Origin: Mya arenaria
Lineage: Eukaryota
Direction of reading: 5' to 3'
Assembly: GCF_026914265.1 (NCBI RefSeq)
Contig: NC_069127.1
Coordinates: 1,681,682 to 1,745,681 of the forward strand
DNA length: 64,000 bases
This document shows, in pieces, positions 26,553 through 38,284 of the stretch (positions are counted from its first letter, which is position 1; each line of letters begins with the position of its first letter). The notes beneath the pieces were generated by a model. It was given only the letters and a program-made list of their open reading frames with translations. It ran no database searches and was not told the origin of the DNA. Made by a program: the position numbers and the translations under genes.

Positions 26553-26690
26553 AAGACAGTTAAGAGTAAGATGCAGGCAACGTTTGCTGTCCTGGAGGTT
26601 CATGTTGATGAGGGTTTCCTGGCAGGTAACTCTACACACGAGTACAAGTACAGAGTATTCTCCCATAGCGGCCTGGTGCACACAGTCGAG
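26553..26690 (+). CDS. PARP4: PARP4 exon 4 (KTVKSKMQATFAVLEVHVDEGFLAGN..LVHTVE)
   Basis: Acceptor caacag at 26551-52. Donor GAG|gtagga at 26691. Confidence 0.7.
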
Positions 26691-27154
26691 GTAGGACTTG
26701 CTTTAAACTAATTTCTATAAGATTATTCTGATGATAGCTTACAGCTAATACAATTATTGTTGAATCTGTTCTTGGATAATCATCAGTTTTGGTCCTAATT
26801 TATAATCTCAAGTCCCCTTAACAGGCTTAAGCTAAGATCACTACAGTATTTTTGTATAGTATAAACTGTGTCATTTTCTTGCTTTAAAGTATTTTGATAT
26901 TTTTTAAGGAAATATTTTCATTAATTTAAGGGTTTTCCTGATCGACTGTGTTAAATTTCTTAAATGTTTTTAAGCAAGAGAGAATTAATAAAATATGATA
27001 CTTGATCATTACGTAAAATTATTTCGAGATATTGGGTCCATTTTGAGTGACATAAATAATTATGCTCCTGGTGAAACTCAAAACACCCGTTTTAGGCATA
27101 CCCTGGGACTACCTTACCTTTCTAAGCTTATATCTCAGAACTGCTGTGTTACAG

Positions 27155-27310
27155 AGAGGAGGTACAGGAGAGATGGAGGCCCGGTATTGTGGCAGTGTGG
27201 AGCAGGCCCTGGCAGTGTACAGTCACCTTTACGAGGAACAAGAGCGGGGCCTCATGGTACACACATACCAACCACCCACAAGCAACGCTGGATCCATGAA
27301 GTTCAGACAT
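27155..27310 (+). CDS. PARP4: PARP4 exon 5 (RGGTGEMEARYCGSVEQALAVYSHLYEEQERGLMVHTYQPPTSNAGSMKFRH)
   Basis: Acceptor gttacag at 27153-54, which lies inside a repeat-family copy. Donor CAT|gtaagt at 27311. Confidence 0.7.
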
Positions 27311-27719
27311 GTAAGTACATTTACTTGTCAACACCTTCATGTGTATTTGGTGACCACTTCATTTTATTATTAAAAATAGATATCAGTCCATACATAAAGC
27401 TTCTTGACATTGTAAAATTAAATTGTTCAGTTAAATACATTGTCCACTGAAATACTGTCTTAAATACATTCTGGATTTTTTTTATCCAGATCAGTCTTAT
27501 AATCACCAAGTCTGCACTAGTAGGTTATGTATATGGAACCATCCAAACGTTACCAGTTCATCATTTGTGGCATAACAACGCAGGATTGTTTTTTCATTTT
27601 TGAGTTGATTTTTAACATAAATTGAAATGATTATGGCAATGATATACTTATTAACATGTCAATTAAATTTTTTGTGGCCTTTAACAATAACAAGATAAGC
27701 AATTTTCAATTTTCAAGTA

Positions 27720-28455
27720 CAGTCGAAACTTGATGGCTCGATATTCTAGGGAACGGCCAAAATACTTCGAGCCTCGAGAATATCGAGCCAAACGGGATTG
27801 CTTAAACAATGTTATTTTTTTGTATTCGTTACAAAAAGTCTGGTTTACCTTGTTTGTTATTGGCTACACTATCTCCACAAGAGAAGAGTATTTATTGGAC
27901 ATAGTGCAGTTCGTAACATAACTTATTCGATATTTTGAAAATATCATTTGATTTTTTTTTATTATCATTAAAATACATTAATGCACAAAAAACACAATTT
28001 TTTTTTTTAAACATTGAGTAACACAAACATAGCTTATAAGTTATACCAAAGAGCATTGACATTTTTACATGGATAATAATTAGAGACAGAACTTAAAGTG
28101 ATGGCCTGTTTATTCAAACAGTTCAGTTAAACCATTTAAGTTTGATAATAATTATATTAAAATCCAGCAATTTTTATCGGTTAGCGCCTTGTGCTAAATG
28201 AAGCCAAGCAAACAATTCAAGGTGTGAGATTCTTACCTGAACCCGGGAAAATGACATCGACCCAAGCAAAGTGTGAAATTCTTACTCAGGACCGCGAAAA
28301 TGACATCGAGCGTGGAGAAATATCGACCCTCAAGATATCGAGCCATCTGATCGAATTTTCTATAAACAGAGTAATAAAAAATTGCTCTGTTTAAACTGGT
28401 TCGAGCCAACGAGGATAATCGAGCCATAAGATATCGAGCCAACGAGTTTCGACTG
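27720..28455. mobile_element. MITE (~736 bp), Tc1/mariner-like, TIR CAGTCGAAACTTGATGGCTCGATA.., TA flanks; in PARP4 intron 5
   Basis: Inverted termini at 27720 and 28455. TA at 27718-19 and 28456-57. Internal GGCTCGA motifs. Same TIR family as 23772..23937. Confidence 0.6.
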
Positions 28456-28923
28456 TATATCATTCGCAATCCAAACATTTCGGAAGATGTTGTGTTCATA
28501 AGATGATAATCAATATTGCCAAGGAAGGCTGTTCATTTAAGGAATGGAATTTTGCAGGGTGTAAATAATTTACTATAAGGCCACTTATATCACTGGAAAG
28601 TCAATAATGGAGACTCCCATTACCTTGAGTTGGTAAATCTATTTAAATATTTCAAAAGACCCATAAAATTGAAATATTTGTAAAAAAAATTTAATGAAAT
28701 ATAACAGGATTTTCATTTCCAACCTTGATACAGGGGAATGGCTTGTATGCCCAGACATCACTTTTATTGTTGGTAATTGCTTAAGATGTACTTGCGGCTC
28801 ATTGGGTATAATCTTACCGTTTGCAGCACACTTCAGTGAAAAGGATTGAAAAATGAATAAAAGGCACTCTTATAATATTGTGATTGTTTTTCAAACCTGT
28901 TTGAACCTCTTGTTTCCCCGTAG

Positions 28924-29061
28924 ATGATGGGAGAACTGGGGCTGGAAGGTGGAGAGATGTCAGAGAAGGTGGGGCAGCTGGTGGAACATGTTTGGCTCGA
29001 GGCACTTGGCAAATTGCAAGATATCCTCCTTACTGACATTGAAAACATCAAACTTGAACAG
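28924..29061 (+). CDS. PARP4: PARP4 exon 6 (PARP helical regulatory region: MMGELGLEGGEMSEKVGQLVEHVWLEALGKLQDILL..)
   Basis: Acceptor ccccgtag at 28922-23. Donor CAG|gttagt at 29062. Aligns to human SDLVEMIWAEALGHLEHMLL. Confidence 0.8.
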
Positions 29062-29618
29062 GTTAGTATGTTGGTATGTAAGTTTATGAGCTTGTCTGTT
29101 TTTCATTGAAAAAGGTAAGATTTTGTTTTAGCCTTGGTCTCATTGGCAACATCCTTGTACAAAAGCTTTAACCGTCGCCATAACTCAAAGAACGTTCAAG
29201 ATAAAGCATGGAAGAGAGACAATATTATAAGTTATGGGGCTAGTGGGTGACCCACTATGGGATAAACAGGGCAAAGGAAACTATATCGGGTGAAAGCGAG
29301 GCGCCGTTTTGGTATAATATAAATTTGGTGACCCAATATGGAAAAATATGGGGTCACCACGTGACCAGTCCTTGACCAATGGCATTGCGTGATTTATGTT
29401 GGAGGCATCAATCTGGTTTTAACAATGATCATGAATGCCTCTTATTCATTTGAAAAAAAGATAAGAACAGACAAGCATTGGAGTCTGCTCCAGTGTGGCC
29501 AAGCAGACGGCATGTGACAAGTTTAAAAATGAATAGACAGGGTTTTACAATGGAATCATTCTCTCAATTAATTCCAATAGATATTAAGCAATTTGAATGA
29601 TTGCATGGATGTTTGCAG

Positions 29619-29792
29619 GTAGAGAAAGCAGAAGCTGTGTTGAAGCAGGTACGGTCAGCCTTGGATACGGGGGATCAGGAGAAGGCGGTGAAACTGGCCC
29701 AGACATTCTACAGCACCATCCCCATTTTTAATGGCTTCAGCAAGGATGAGTGTAACAAGGCTTGGCTCTCCAAGCAACAAGATCTTTGCCAG
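29619..29792 (+). CDS. PARP4: PARP4 exon 7 (VEKAEAVLKQVRSALDTGDQEKAVKLAQTFYSTIPIFNGF..KQQDLCQ)
   Basis: Acceptor gtttgcag. Donor CAG|gttagt at 29793. Aligns to human ..AEQLQKMMTEFYRLIPHKG..KKADLCQ. Confidence 0.8.
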
Positions 29793-29879
29793 GTTAGTAA
29801 CACAAGTTTGGTCAAGGTCACAGCTGTAAGTTTCAAAGTGTAAGAGGTATTTCTAACTGGGCTATAAGGTTGTAAAATG

Positions 29880-30420
29880 TTATGCCGTATAGAAATTGAA
29901 TATATGAAAATCACATACAAAAAATAGTAACATTTAGCTGTTTTGATATGAAAAGAATAGTAACATTCAGCTGTTGAGATATGAAAAGAATAGAAACATC
30001 TAGCTGTTGAGATGTAAAAAGAATAGAAAAATTTAGCTGTTGAGATATGAAAAGAATAGAAACATTAAGCTGTTGAGATATGAAAAGAATAGAAACATTC
30101 AGCTGTTTTGATATGAAAAGAATAGAAACATTTAGCTGTTGAGATTTAGCTCTTGAGATAAGTAAAGAATAGAAACATTTAGCTGTTGAGATATGAAAAG
30201 AATAGAAACATTTAGCTGTTGAGATATAAAAAGAATTGAAACATTTAGCTGTTGAGATATGAAAAGAATAGAAACATTTAGCTGTTGAGATAAGGAAAGA
30301 ATAGAAACAATCTGACAGCTGTTTTGATATGAAAATAATATAAACATTTGGCTGTTGAGATATTAATGAATATAAATATTAGGCTGTTGAGATTTAGCTC
30401 TTGAGATAAGTAAAGAATAG
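29880..30420. repeat. minisatellite with a ~33-bp unit (GAAAAGAATAGAAACATTTAGCTGTTGAGATAT)n, about 15 copies, in PARP4 intron 7
   Basis: Direct tandem repeat. Minus-strand ORF 30132..30347 is a repeat artefact. Confidence 0.85.
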
Positions 30421-30601
30421 GAACACTCAGCTTTTGAAAAGTTGTGTGGTATCAAATCTACATTACATGCACATACTCAAGGATTTACTGTTTTTTTATG
30501 GAGTTGAGTCCGACCTGGTCCCAGTATCATTTGAAAAATATATCATTGGTCACTACTCTAGTGCCAACAACAACAATAACAACGACTACTTATAATTTTA
30601 G

Positions 30602-30762
30602 CTGATCAAGGACATGTTGTCAGTGAGTGAGGCGACAGACTGGTCAACCCAGTCAAGCACACAGTCTAAGTACCGTGCACTCAGGTGCCAGGTTACTAGT
30701 CTACCAGAGGATGGGACAGAGTATGAAACTGTCAGGGAAAACTTCTATGATTCAATGATTGG
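30602..30762 (+). CDS. PARP4: PARP4 exon 8 (start of PARP catalytic domain: LIKDMLSVSE..KYRALRCQVTSL..)
   Basis: Acceptor aattttag at 30600-01. Donor TGG|gtatgt at 30763, phase 2 out. Aligns to human LIRDMVNVCE..KYRALRCKIEHV. Confidence 0.8.
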
Positions 30763-31431
30763 GTATGTATGTTTTATAATGCTTGCAGTCATATTACATG
30801 TAGTTTTGATGTTCACTTATGGCAGTTATTTCTTCAGGTGTTGTTAAGACTTACTTAACATGACAAGAGTGTCTTGAGTTTGTTTTAACCATAGTATATG
30901 GTATGTGTCAGTATGCCTACCCCTGCGGCATGACGTGTCTCAATTCCTACTCAACACCACAAAAGAGTCTGAGTTTGTTTCAAACCATAATATATTGTAT
31001 GTGTCAGTATGCCTCTCACTGTGCCATGAAATGTCTCAATTTCTAGTCCTACACTGCTGCTGATAATGATGAAGGATACAAAATTGGTGTTACTTCCTTA
31101 TACATTAGAATAACACCAGATATGTTTTTCTGGCATAATTTGTGATCATGTCATATTTCTAGTTCTGAAAAATACTCTGTTAAATATTGATAGTTCAGGT
31201 TTGTACTGGTACGTAACTTACTTGATATTTTGCTCCCCAGTACACTGGTCAAACAGCCTTAAGCACTGTATAGCCACTGTAGCCGCCAGCCTGTATATCA
31301 TTTTGTAAGATATGGGGGAAAATATAATAATTTAACAGTTTTCACAAGACACCGCTAGCTAGACAGAGCTGCATGGCCCTGGGTGAGCTGGTTTATTGTG
31401 TTACACATAAAAACAAAACAAATGTTGTTAG

Positions 31432-31575
31432 TTTCAGTGCAAGCGACGTCGAGATCCAGGCGATATATACAGTAAACAGACCAGTTGAGACCGCAAATTT
31501 TGCAAACAGCCTGAGTAACCCTCAATTACTGTACCACGCTACCAAGGCCAACAATATGGTTGGGATTTTGTCCAG
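31432..31575 (+). CDS. PARP4: PARP4 exon 9 (..VEIQAIYTVNRPVETANF..LLYHATKANNMVGILSR); in-frame alternative acceptor 6 nt downstream (31438)
   Basis: Two acceptors, gttag| and tttcag|, separated by 6 nt and both in frame. Donor CAG|gtagga at 31576. His of the H-Y-E motif is present (YHAT). Confidence 0.7.
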
Positions 31576-31769
31576 GTAGGAAGAAATAATAATACTGTAA
31601 AATACATTGTATTTAGCTTGATGCTTCAAATCCCAGCACTGATTTCTATTGGAATTAATAGATCAATTGCTTGCTTGTCAATAGGGGTATGCAATATGTC
31701 CTGTCTTGAGCACATATATACATGAATTCTGTTTTTAGTATGATAACAATGACCTACATTGATTTCCAG

Positions 31770-31868
31770 AGGTCTGATGATGCCACGTGTAGTAGTTGAT
31801 GACCACGGAGGTAAAAGGTCAGATCCAGGCATGCTCGGGTCAGGCATCTATTTCGCCAGTGCTGCAAG
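31770..31868 (+). CDS. PARP4: PARP4 exon 10 (RGLMMPRVVVDDHGGKRSDPGMLGSGIYFASAA)
   Basis: Acceptor atttccag at 31768-69. Donor AAG|gtggga at 31869. GSGIYFA is the PARP signature, Tyr present. Confidence 0.8.
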
Positions 31869-33347
31869 GTGGGAATACTTTTGAATACATTTCTATAATT
31901 TTCGATTCGACTCTCAACAAATGAAAGTTCATATAGGAAAACAGAGTCGCAAGTAAAAGATTTTAGATATATGGTTAGTTACATTTGAAGATCAAATCTT
32001 TGTTACCAGCTGCCATAAGTATAAAACTGGATAAGTTATACACAGTTTTTTGGCTAGTTTGCTCATAATACCTATTTGATTGGTCAACAGTAAGTATTGG
32101 ATAGGTTTTGACCAATCAATAAACATTTTGGCTAATTTTAACCAATCCAACGAATTAACCAGTTTTATACCATTGGTTACTGGTTAAAACAAGATAAAAA
32201 GAGTTCTTTTTTGCAAATTTTACATACTAAATTTCTGCTTAATATACAATATTTGGAATTTTTAGATGGGATCTCAAAATGTGATTTGGGATCTCACAGC
32301 TGACACTGTAAGAGTTTTAGACATAAAATAACAAATTCTTGCAAAAAGGGCTTCTCTCATAAAAAAATCAACACAAAGTTTTTAAGAACACAATATCTTT
32401 TTATGAAGTATCCTGAAAACAGTCTTTCAGCCTAGTAAAGTATTTATTTCATTTTTATTATTATGGAAAACTCCCATTTCCTTTTCAATTCAAGTTCATT
32501 CTTAAAATAATGGGTTTTAACTGCAAATGTTTTGCCATTTAAAGGATAATCAAGTTTGCCACATTTCAGCCAATTTTGATAACATTTGATTGAAAAACAA
32601 CAATTAATTATCACTAAAAAACTCACCTCTATAGTAGGTTTAGTACATTTTCAATACTGATCTTCTTACATAGTAAATGATTTTAATACAGCAAAAGCAT
32701 TCAAGCTGTTATATTATGTTCCATGTTAAAATACCATATTAATCTGTCAATTTAAATAACATGGTGCAATAAACAACTTGTCAAAAAACTTCATACTTCG
32801 GCCGACATCATTGCCTAGTTACAAGTATGCTACAAAAGACCACCAACTTATTAAAGACATTATAAAACTGTCAAAACAATAAAGAAAACAGCATTTCCAA
32901 GGTGTTATTAATTATCTACAGTGTATAAAATTTAACAACATTTTGGCAGGAAAATTGACATATACAGTTCTGCAGTCATCTGCACTTACACTCCGACCTG
33001 TTAGGGCAGTCTGATTTGATTTATTAAGCAGCTCTTCTGAATATAAACTTATTTTTACAAGTCAGAGGAAATATTCCTTCTGTTTCTCAATCAAAATCAC
33101 TGACATTTGACAATCTCCACCATGACGTATTTTTTATGAGTATTTTCTGAAAATCTAAAAATAGTAACAAATATCAAGTTTTTGTTTACATTGTTTCCAT
33201 CATTGTTTTTGATTGAAAATTAAAGGGATTAGAAATTCTTCCACTTTTGAACCCAAACTACCGCTTTTGAGAGCTAAATCTACCTCCTTGTCATTGCGAA
33301 AGGTTCACATGTGCCCTCAGTCATATCACCATCTATTGCAATTTCAG

Positions 33348-33531
33348 CACAAGCGTCAAGTACTCCTCTCCTAGCAACAGCAAGGGTACTCGGTTCATGT
33401 TAGTGAATGAGGTCGCCCTGGGCAACTGTAAGGAAATGTACAACCGTGACCTGACCTTGACCCAACCCCCAGAAGGCTATGACAGCATACATGGTGTGAT
33501 GAAGTCATGTGATGTTCAGTCAGAGTTTCAG
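33348..33531 (+). CDS. PARP4: PARP4 exon 11 (STSVKYSSPSNSKGTRFMLVNEVALGNCKEMYNRDLTLTQPPEGYDSIHGV..)
   Basis: Acceptor aatttcag at 33346-47. Donor CAG|gtgaaa at 33532. Near-identical to human STSIKYSHPGETDGTRLLLICDVALGKCMDLHEKDFSLTEAPPGYDSVHGV. Confidence 0.85.
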
Positions 33532-33934
33532 GTGAAAGCAACTTTTGTATTTGACTTGGAAAAAAACATGAACAAACTTGTAATCTGTAAACTTTATAAC
33601 CTTGAAAAATATTTTTGCTTTGATACAATTTCTATCATTGATTATATATGTCATCAGGACTTTTTACTCATTCTATGGAATCCTGTAGTTATGAAAGTAA
33701 GCTTTCATTTTGTGTCTCACCAGCTTATTATATCTCCATGAGCACAAAAACTTTCAATAGAATAATGATTAAGTATACTTAAACAATAATTTCAGGAAAC
33801 CATTACAAATTTTTTTCCATTGTTTTTAGTCATACTGTGTAATATTATGACTGTTATGGCCAATGGCTCAGTTGTGTCTTCACTGATCTAAGTTTATACT
33901 AGTTTAATGGTAAAAGAACAATTGGTTTAAGCCT

Positions 33935-34250
33935 TGTTAATCCTGTAAACTCATCTCAGGAAAGTTGAGCACGCCACAATAAATGTGTAATCCTGTAAAC
34001 TCATCTCAGGAAAGTTGAGAACACCAAAATAAATGTGTAATCCTGTAAACTCATCTCAGGAAAGTTGAGCACACCACAATAAATTTGTAATCCTGTTAAC
34101 TCAGTTTAGGAAAGTTGAGCACACCACAATAAATGTGAAATCTTGTAAACTCATCGTAGGAAAGTTAAGCACACCACAATGAATGTGTAATTCTGTAAAC
34201 TCATCTTAGGAAAGTTGAGCACATGGCCATTAATATGTAACTTTCCTGCA
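33935..34250. repeat. tandem repeat with a ~60-bp unit (TAATCCTGTAAACTCATCTCAGGAAAGTTGAGCACACCACAATAAATGTG)n, about 5-6 copies, ending at the exon 12 acceptor
   Basis: Direct tandem repeat in intron 11. Confidence 0.8.
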
Positions 34251-34251
34251 G

Positions 34252-34402
34252 GATGATGAGTTTGTGGTATACAGTGTTCGCCAGCAGAGGATTCGCTACC
34301 TAGTTGAGTTTACGACAACCAAGGACACTGTCTACCCATTTAAACTACCGGTCAGTCTGACTGAACAAGCCATGGACCAGGATGACCAGCCTGGACAGAT
34401 CA
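34252..34402 (+). CDS. PARP4: PARP4 exon 12 (DDEFVVYSVRQQRIRYLVEF.., catalytic Glu present)
   Basis: Acceptor ttcctgcag at 34250-51. I chose donor ATCA|GTGAGC at 34403 because its phase 1 matches the next exon. An alternative donor CCG|gtcagt at 34351 does not. Confidence 0.7.
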
Positions 34403-34559
34403 GTGAGCATCATTTTGTTCTTTATTGGAAAATGTTGAACATATCCCTACTTAAAGAACACTGTTAACTGTTATTTCATTTCCTTTAAAGTGAAGCAATA
34501 TGAACAGTTGTTGGTTGCAATTCCTTTACGAATGAACAACTTCTTTTGTCTTTTATTGT

Positions 34560-34960
34560 ATTTTGCTGACAATAACCTCTGAAAATATCCTTTTACAATG
34601 TACTCTGACAATATCCTCTGACAATATCTTTTGACAATATTCTCTGACAATATACTCTGACAATATATTCTGACAATATATTTTGACAATACCCTCTGAC
34701 AATATACTCTGACAATATCCTCTGACAATACCCTCTGACAATACACTTACAATATCCTTTGACAATATGCTCTGACAATATGCTCTGACAATATCCTCTG
34801 ACAATATCCTCTGACAATAAATTCTGACAATATCCTTTGACAATATGCTCGGACAATATCCTCTGACAATATCCTCTGACAATAAATTCTGACAATATCC
34901 TCTGACAATAAATTCTGACAATATCATCTGACAATATACTCTGGCGTAATTGGAGCAAGC
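34560..34960. repeat. microsatellite-like array with a 15-bp unit (CTCTGACAATATCCT)n, about 25 copies, in PARP4 intron 12
   Basis: The long minus-strand ORFs at 34471..34976 (ILSEDIVRGYCQ repeats) are repeat artefacts. Confidence 0.85.
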
Positions 34961-35044
34961 CCCAACAAACACTCATGTTTTATGAATGATTGAAGTTCAC
35001 CAGACCTGTAATCTCAGTAATCATGCTTTCCTGTAATTTCCCAG

Positions 35045-35175
35045 GTCTATCTGATGTGAAGGACATTATAGACCCTATGTCCAAGGTCAAGGCTGGGCTC
35101 GTCTCCATAGATGATGCCCCTGTGAACTTGAAGGCTGTCCATATCAGGGCAAACCTGATGGACCTAGCATCGGAG
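35045..35175 (+). CDS. PARP4: PARP4 exon 13 (start of VIT region: LSDVKDIIDPMSKVKAGLVSIDDAPVNLKAVHIRANLMDLASE)
   Basis: Acceptor tttcccag at 35043-44. Donor GAG|gtatgt at 35176. Confidence 0.75.
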
Positions 35176-35894
35176 GTATGTTGAGTTTTGCTTTGAATAG
35201 TTTAAGCTAAATTATGTAAGAAAATACAAAAAGAATTGTAATGACTATTTCTTTTTATAAAATACTTCAAGTTCATGCACAACAAGCTTGATCATCATAA
35301 AAAAAATTCAACACCATCATTCTGCAAAAAACATTTCTCAAATGTACCGTAACATGGTCCATTCAGATAGCATTTATATTTTTGTGATATTTAGTGGTCA
35401 TGGATCAATTGTCTTAGATAGGTGGTGGTTTTCCATTGGTATGAGAACTCAATAAAGGGGGAACAAGGTCCATGCAGTAGAATCTCCTTAATACTTGTCT
35501 CCCTTGTTATATTAAGGCATTCAATACACAATAATTTGAATTTGGATGTCTGGTGACTTCATACCATTTGGCATTTGGAAGGGTTTTATTTGCTAAGCAT
35601 TTATATGTATGTTAAATATATGCGAAAAAATAATATTACAAATTTGTTTTGCAGTGAAATATTGCAATTTGTGATTACATGTTCGATTTCAGTTGAAATG
35701 AAACAAAAATACAAACTGCTATAATTGTTAACTATAATATGCATTTAATCATTTATTTTTGATGATTATGATCAGCAAGTAAAACCCTTTTAAATATCGG
35801 TAACACCAAATTTATATGGAGTCAACAGGCATCAAAGTTCACATTATCAGCGATGGCATTATAAAATGACAAGCTGTTATGTGGATCAGGTTCC

Positions 35895-36262
35895 TTTAAA
35901 GCTGCACTCTCACAGATTTACTGTTTTTACAACTTCATAAAAAAAATATCATAGAATGAGCAATTTTTTGTGTAAATATCTGCATACCAGTGATACAAGA
36001 CTGCTGACAAAAGATCAGATTGCAGGTATTCATATTTCAGTTTGAATTAATGTGTTATGGCTTAAAGCGTTACTAATGGTTTAAGAAATCGCATAAAACA
36101 TCATTTTTTTAACTTATTATTAAATAAAAATCTGCGATCTAATTTTTTGTCAGCAGTCTTATATGACTGGTTTCCATGCATTTTCATATAAATTGGCTAG
36201 TTCCAAGACAAAAAATATTTTTTTTATCAAAACAGCCAATCTGTTAGAGTGCAGCTTTAAGG
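35895..36262. mobile_element. MITE (~370 bp) with ~28-bp TIRs (TTTAAAGCTGCACTCTCACAGATT) and a second internal inverted pair (GACTGCTGACAAAAGATCAGATTGCAG)
   Basis: Terminal inverted repeats at 35895-35925 and 36235-36262, immediately upstream of the exon 14 acceptor. Confidence 0.55.
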
Positions 36263-36288
36263 CAAATAATACAAATATGTCCTTGTAG

Positions 36289-36513
36289 GTGGTGGTTCTG
36301 CAGCAGTATGAGAACACCAGTAAGGTCCAGGTGGAGGCAAAGTATGTGTTCCCGCTGGGAGAAATGGCTGCCGTGTGTGGCTTTGAGGCATTCATCAATG
36401 GCAAACACATCATAGGAGAGGTGAAGGAGAAGGAGACAGCCCACAGGGAATACAAGAAGGCTGTCAGTGAGGGACATGGGGCATACCTTATGGACCAGGA
36501 TGAGGAAACACCG
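36289..36513 (+). CDS. PARP4: PARP4 exon 14 (VIT domain: ..EAKYVFPLGEMAAVCGFEAFINGKHIIGEVKEKETAHREYKKAVSEGHGAYLMDQDEETP)
   Basis: Acceptor ccttgtag. Donor CCG|gtatat at 36514. Long identical stretches to human PARP4 (AAVCGFEAFINGKHI, GHGAYLM). Confidence 0.9.
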
Positions 36514-36718
36514 GTATATGGGCGCTGGGGGTTAATATTAGAATTTGTGTTGCTTTAGGGCATTACAAACACTGGTATTTTGGCAGTATGTGTTAACATT
36601 AGGATAAGTGTTGCTGTAAATATCTGACTGTAAAACTGGGATAATTTAAAAGAACACTGCTGTAGGAATTTACGAACACCCTATAGTGGTGATGTGACAG
36701 TCCATCAAAGGGTAGGAC

Positions 36719-37221
36719 TTTAAAGGGACTATACACCAGATTGGCACCAATTTTTTTTTTTTCTGTAACAAATCTCAGGACAATTATTTAATAAAATGTT
36801 TTACTCTTTGATATCATAATTGTAAAAAAAATCCCAAAAATGTAAAAAAACATCGAATCGGAGACCAGGTTTGAACCGGTGTCGGCAAAATTGCAGTCCA
36901 GTGTTGTATCCACTGTGCTACGAAGGTTTACCCTAATCACTTGGAATATTTAAGCTATATACCTAACTTGGTAATATTACGTGATAACATCAACTAGCTT
37001 ATCATGCATAAGAATGAATTCTACTAGGTATACATACCTAGTAATCTATTTTAATGGAAAATACGTAAAAACTGCGAAAAATAAATTAATTGTAAACTAT
37101 GCGGTACTTCAATTAGTTAGTTTCAATGCAATGCACACATTGATATCAAGTTTATGTCAGTTTTCGACAATTTTTTTTTTTTTTTTGCAAATTCATTATA
37201 CAGTGTATAGCCCCTTTAAGG
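36719..37221. mobile_element. MITE (~500 bp) with TIR CTTTAAAGGGACTATACAC; contains a tRNA-like (Cys-GCA-like) segment on the minus strand at 36851..36930
   Basis: Inverted termini at 36719 and 37203-37221. The internal segment has A-box TAGCACAGTGG and B-box-like GGTTCAAACC, but the acceptor stem does not pair. I read this as a tRNA-derived repeat, not a tRNA gene. Confidence 0.5.
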
Positions 37222-37551
37222 GTTAAGAATTAAGAATACTTATTAGGTTTATTGTTACAGAGTCTTGTCAGTAATTGCAGTAAATGTCCATAGTTACCAG
37301 TTGTACATGTACTCTCTATAGTGCAATGTTGAAATGAGCAGACATAACTGCAAATATCTGTGAAAATAAATTAGAATGTAAAGTAATGCCTTTTTATAAC
37401 ATACATGTACTTTTTCAAATTATGCTAAAGATAATGATAATTAAGCATTTTACCATTAATACATTTTAATCATATATCTTGTGTCATGCTGTATTTTAAC
37501 TTAGAATGATGGTTTCTGTGTTCTAACATGTATTCCCCCTGTGCCTTCCAG

Positions 37552-37713
37552 GATGTGTTTACAGTGAGTGTTGGTAATTTGCCGGCAGGAGCAACTGTGC
37601 TTATTAAGATCACCTATGTCGCCGAGCTGCAGGTTGAGGGCGAGCTCATCAGCTTCCGCCTCCCGGGCTCCGTCGCCCCCTGGAAGAAAGACTCCCTCAA
37701 GGAAGTAACTCAG
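37552..37713 (+). CDS. PARP4: PARP4 exon 15 (VIT: DVFTVSVGNLPAGATVLIKITYVAEL..)
   Basis: Acceptor ccttccag at 37550-51. Donor CAG|gtacag at 37714. Human DVFTVSVGNLPPKAKVLIKITYITEL. Confidence 0.9.
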
Positions 37714-38170
37714 GTACAGAAATAAACTTGATACGATCTGCCAAGGTGTTTTATACTTTGTATTGTAAAATTATTGCAGAAGAATGCAAAACTGATGACA
37801 AAAGTACAATGGTAGGGGTGGTCTATCTGATGTGAAAGCTTGTTTCAAAAACCATTAAACACATTCAAATGAAACTAGTTACACATGTTGCCAGAGACAA
37901 TATGCTCATATACAGCAAGGCCCTTTGTCTGATTAATAATTGTAAAGTGATGCCCTTTTTTAGTTTAAAAAAGGTAAAAAACTTTAACTTAGCTATAAGA
38001 TATTAACTAGAAAGTTTTTTCAAATGTTACTTGGTACAAAATGAGCATGAACAGCAAAGTCCATTGATCTGGTTTTTATATTTTATCGTCAATTTGTGCT
38101 ACTTGACAGATTGAAAGTAAAATTAAATACCGAACAAGAAACTGATTTTAAGGATTGGATTTTTTTGCAG

Positions 38171-38284
38171 GAGCAGACTGGTACTTTTGAAGTACTGCAG
38201 GGTGAGACAAGTGTACAGATATCCGTGGATATGCCATTTGACATCCGGTCATTAGAGTGCCCCTCACACAATGTCAAAATGAAG
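38171..38284 (+). CDS. PARP4: PARP4 exon 16 (EQTGTFEVLQGETSVQISVDMPFDIRSLECPSHNVKMK)
   Basis: Acceptor tttttgcag at 38169-70. Donor AAG|gtaatt at 38285. Confidence 0.75.

Noticed and set aside
34471-34976. Three overlapping minus-strand ORFs with ILSEDIVRGYCQ repeats
   Set aside because: They are generated by the 15-bp CTCTGACAATATCCT array in PARP4 intron 12.
36851-36930. Calling a tRNA-Cys gene
   Set aside because: The acceptor and D stems cannot be paired by eye, and the sequence sits inside a TIR-bounded MITE. I treat it as a tRNA-derived repeat.
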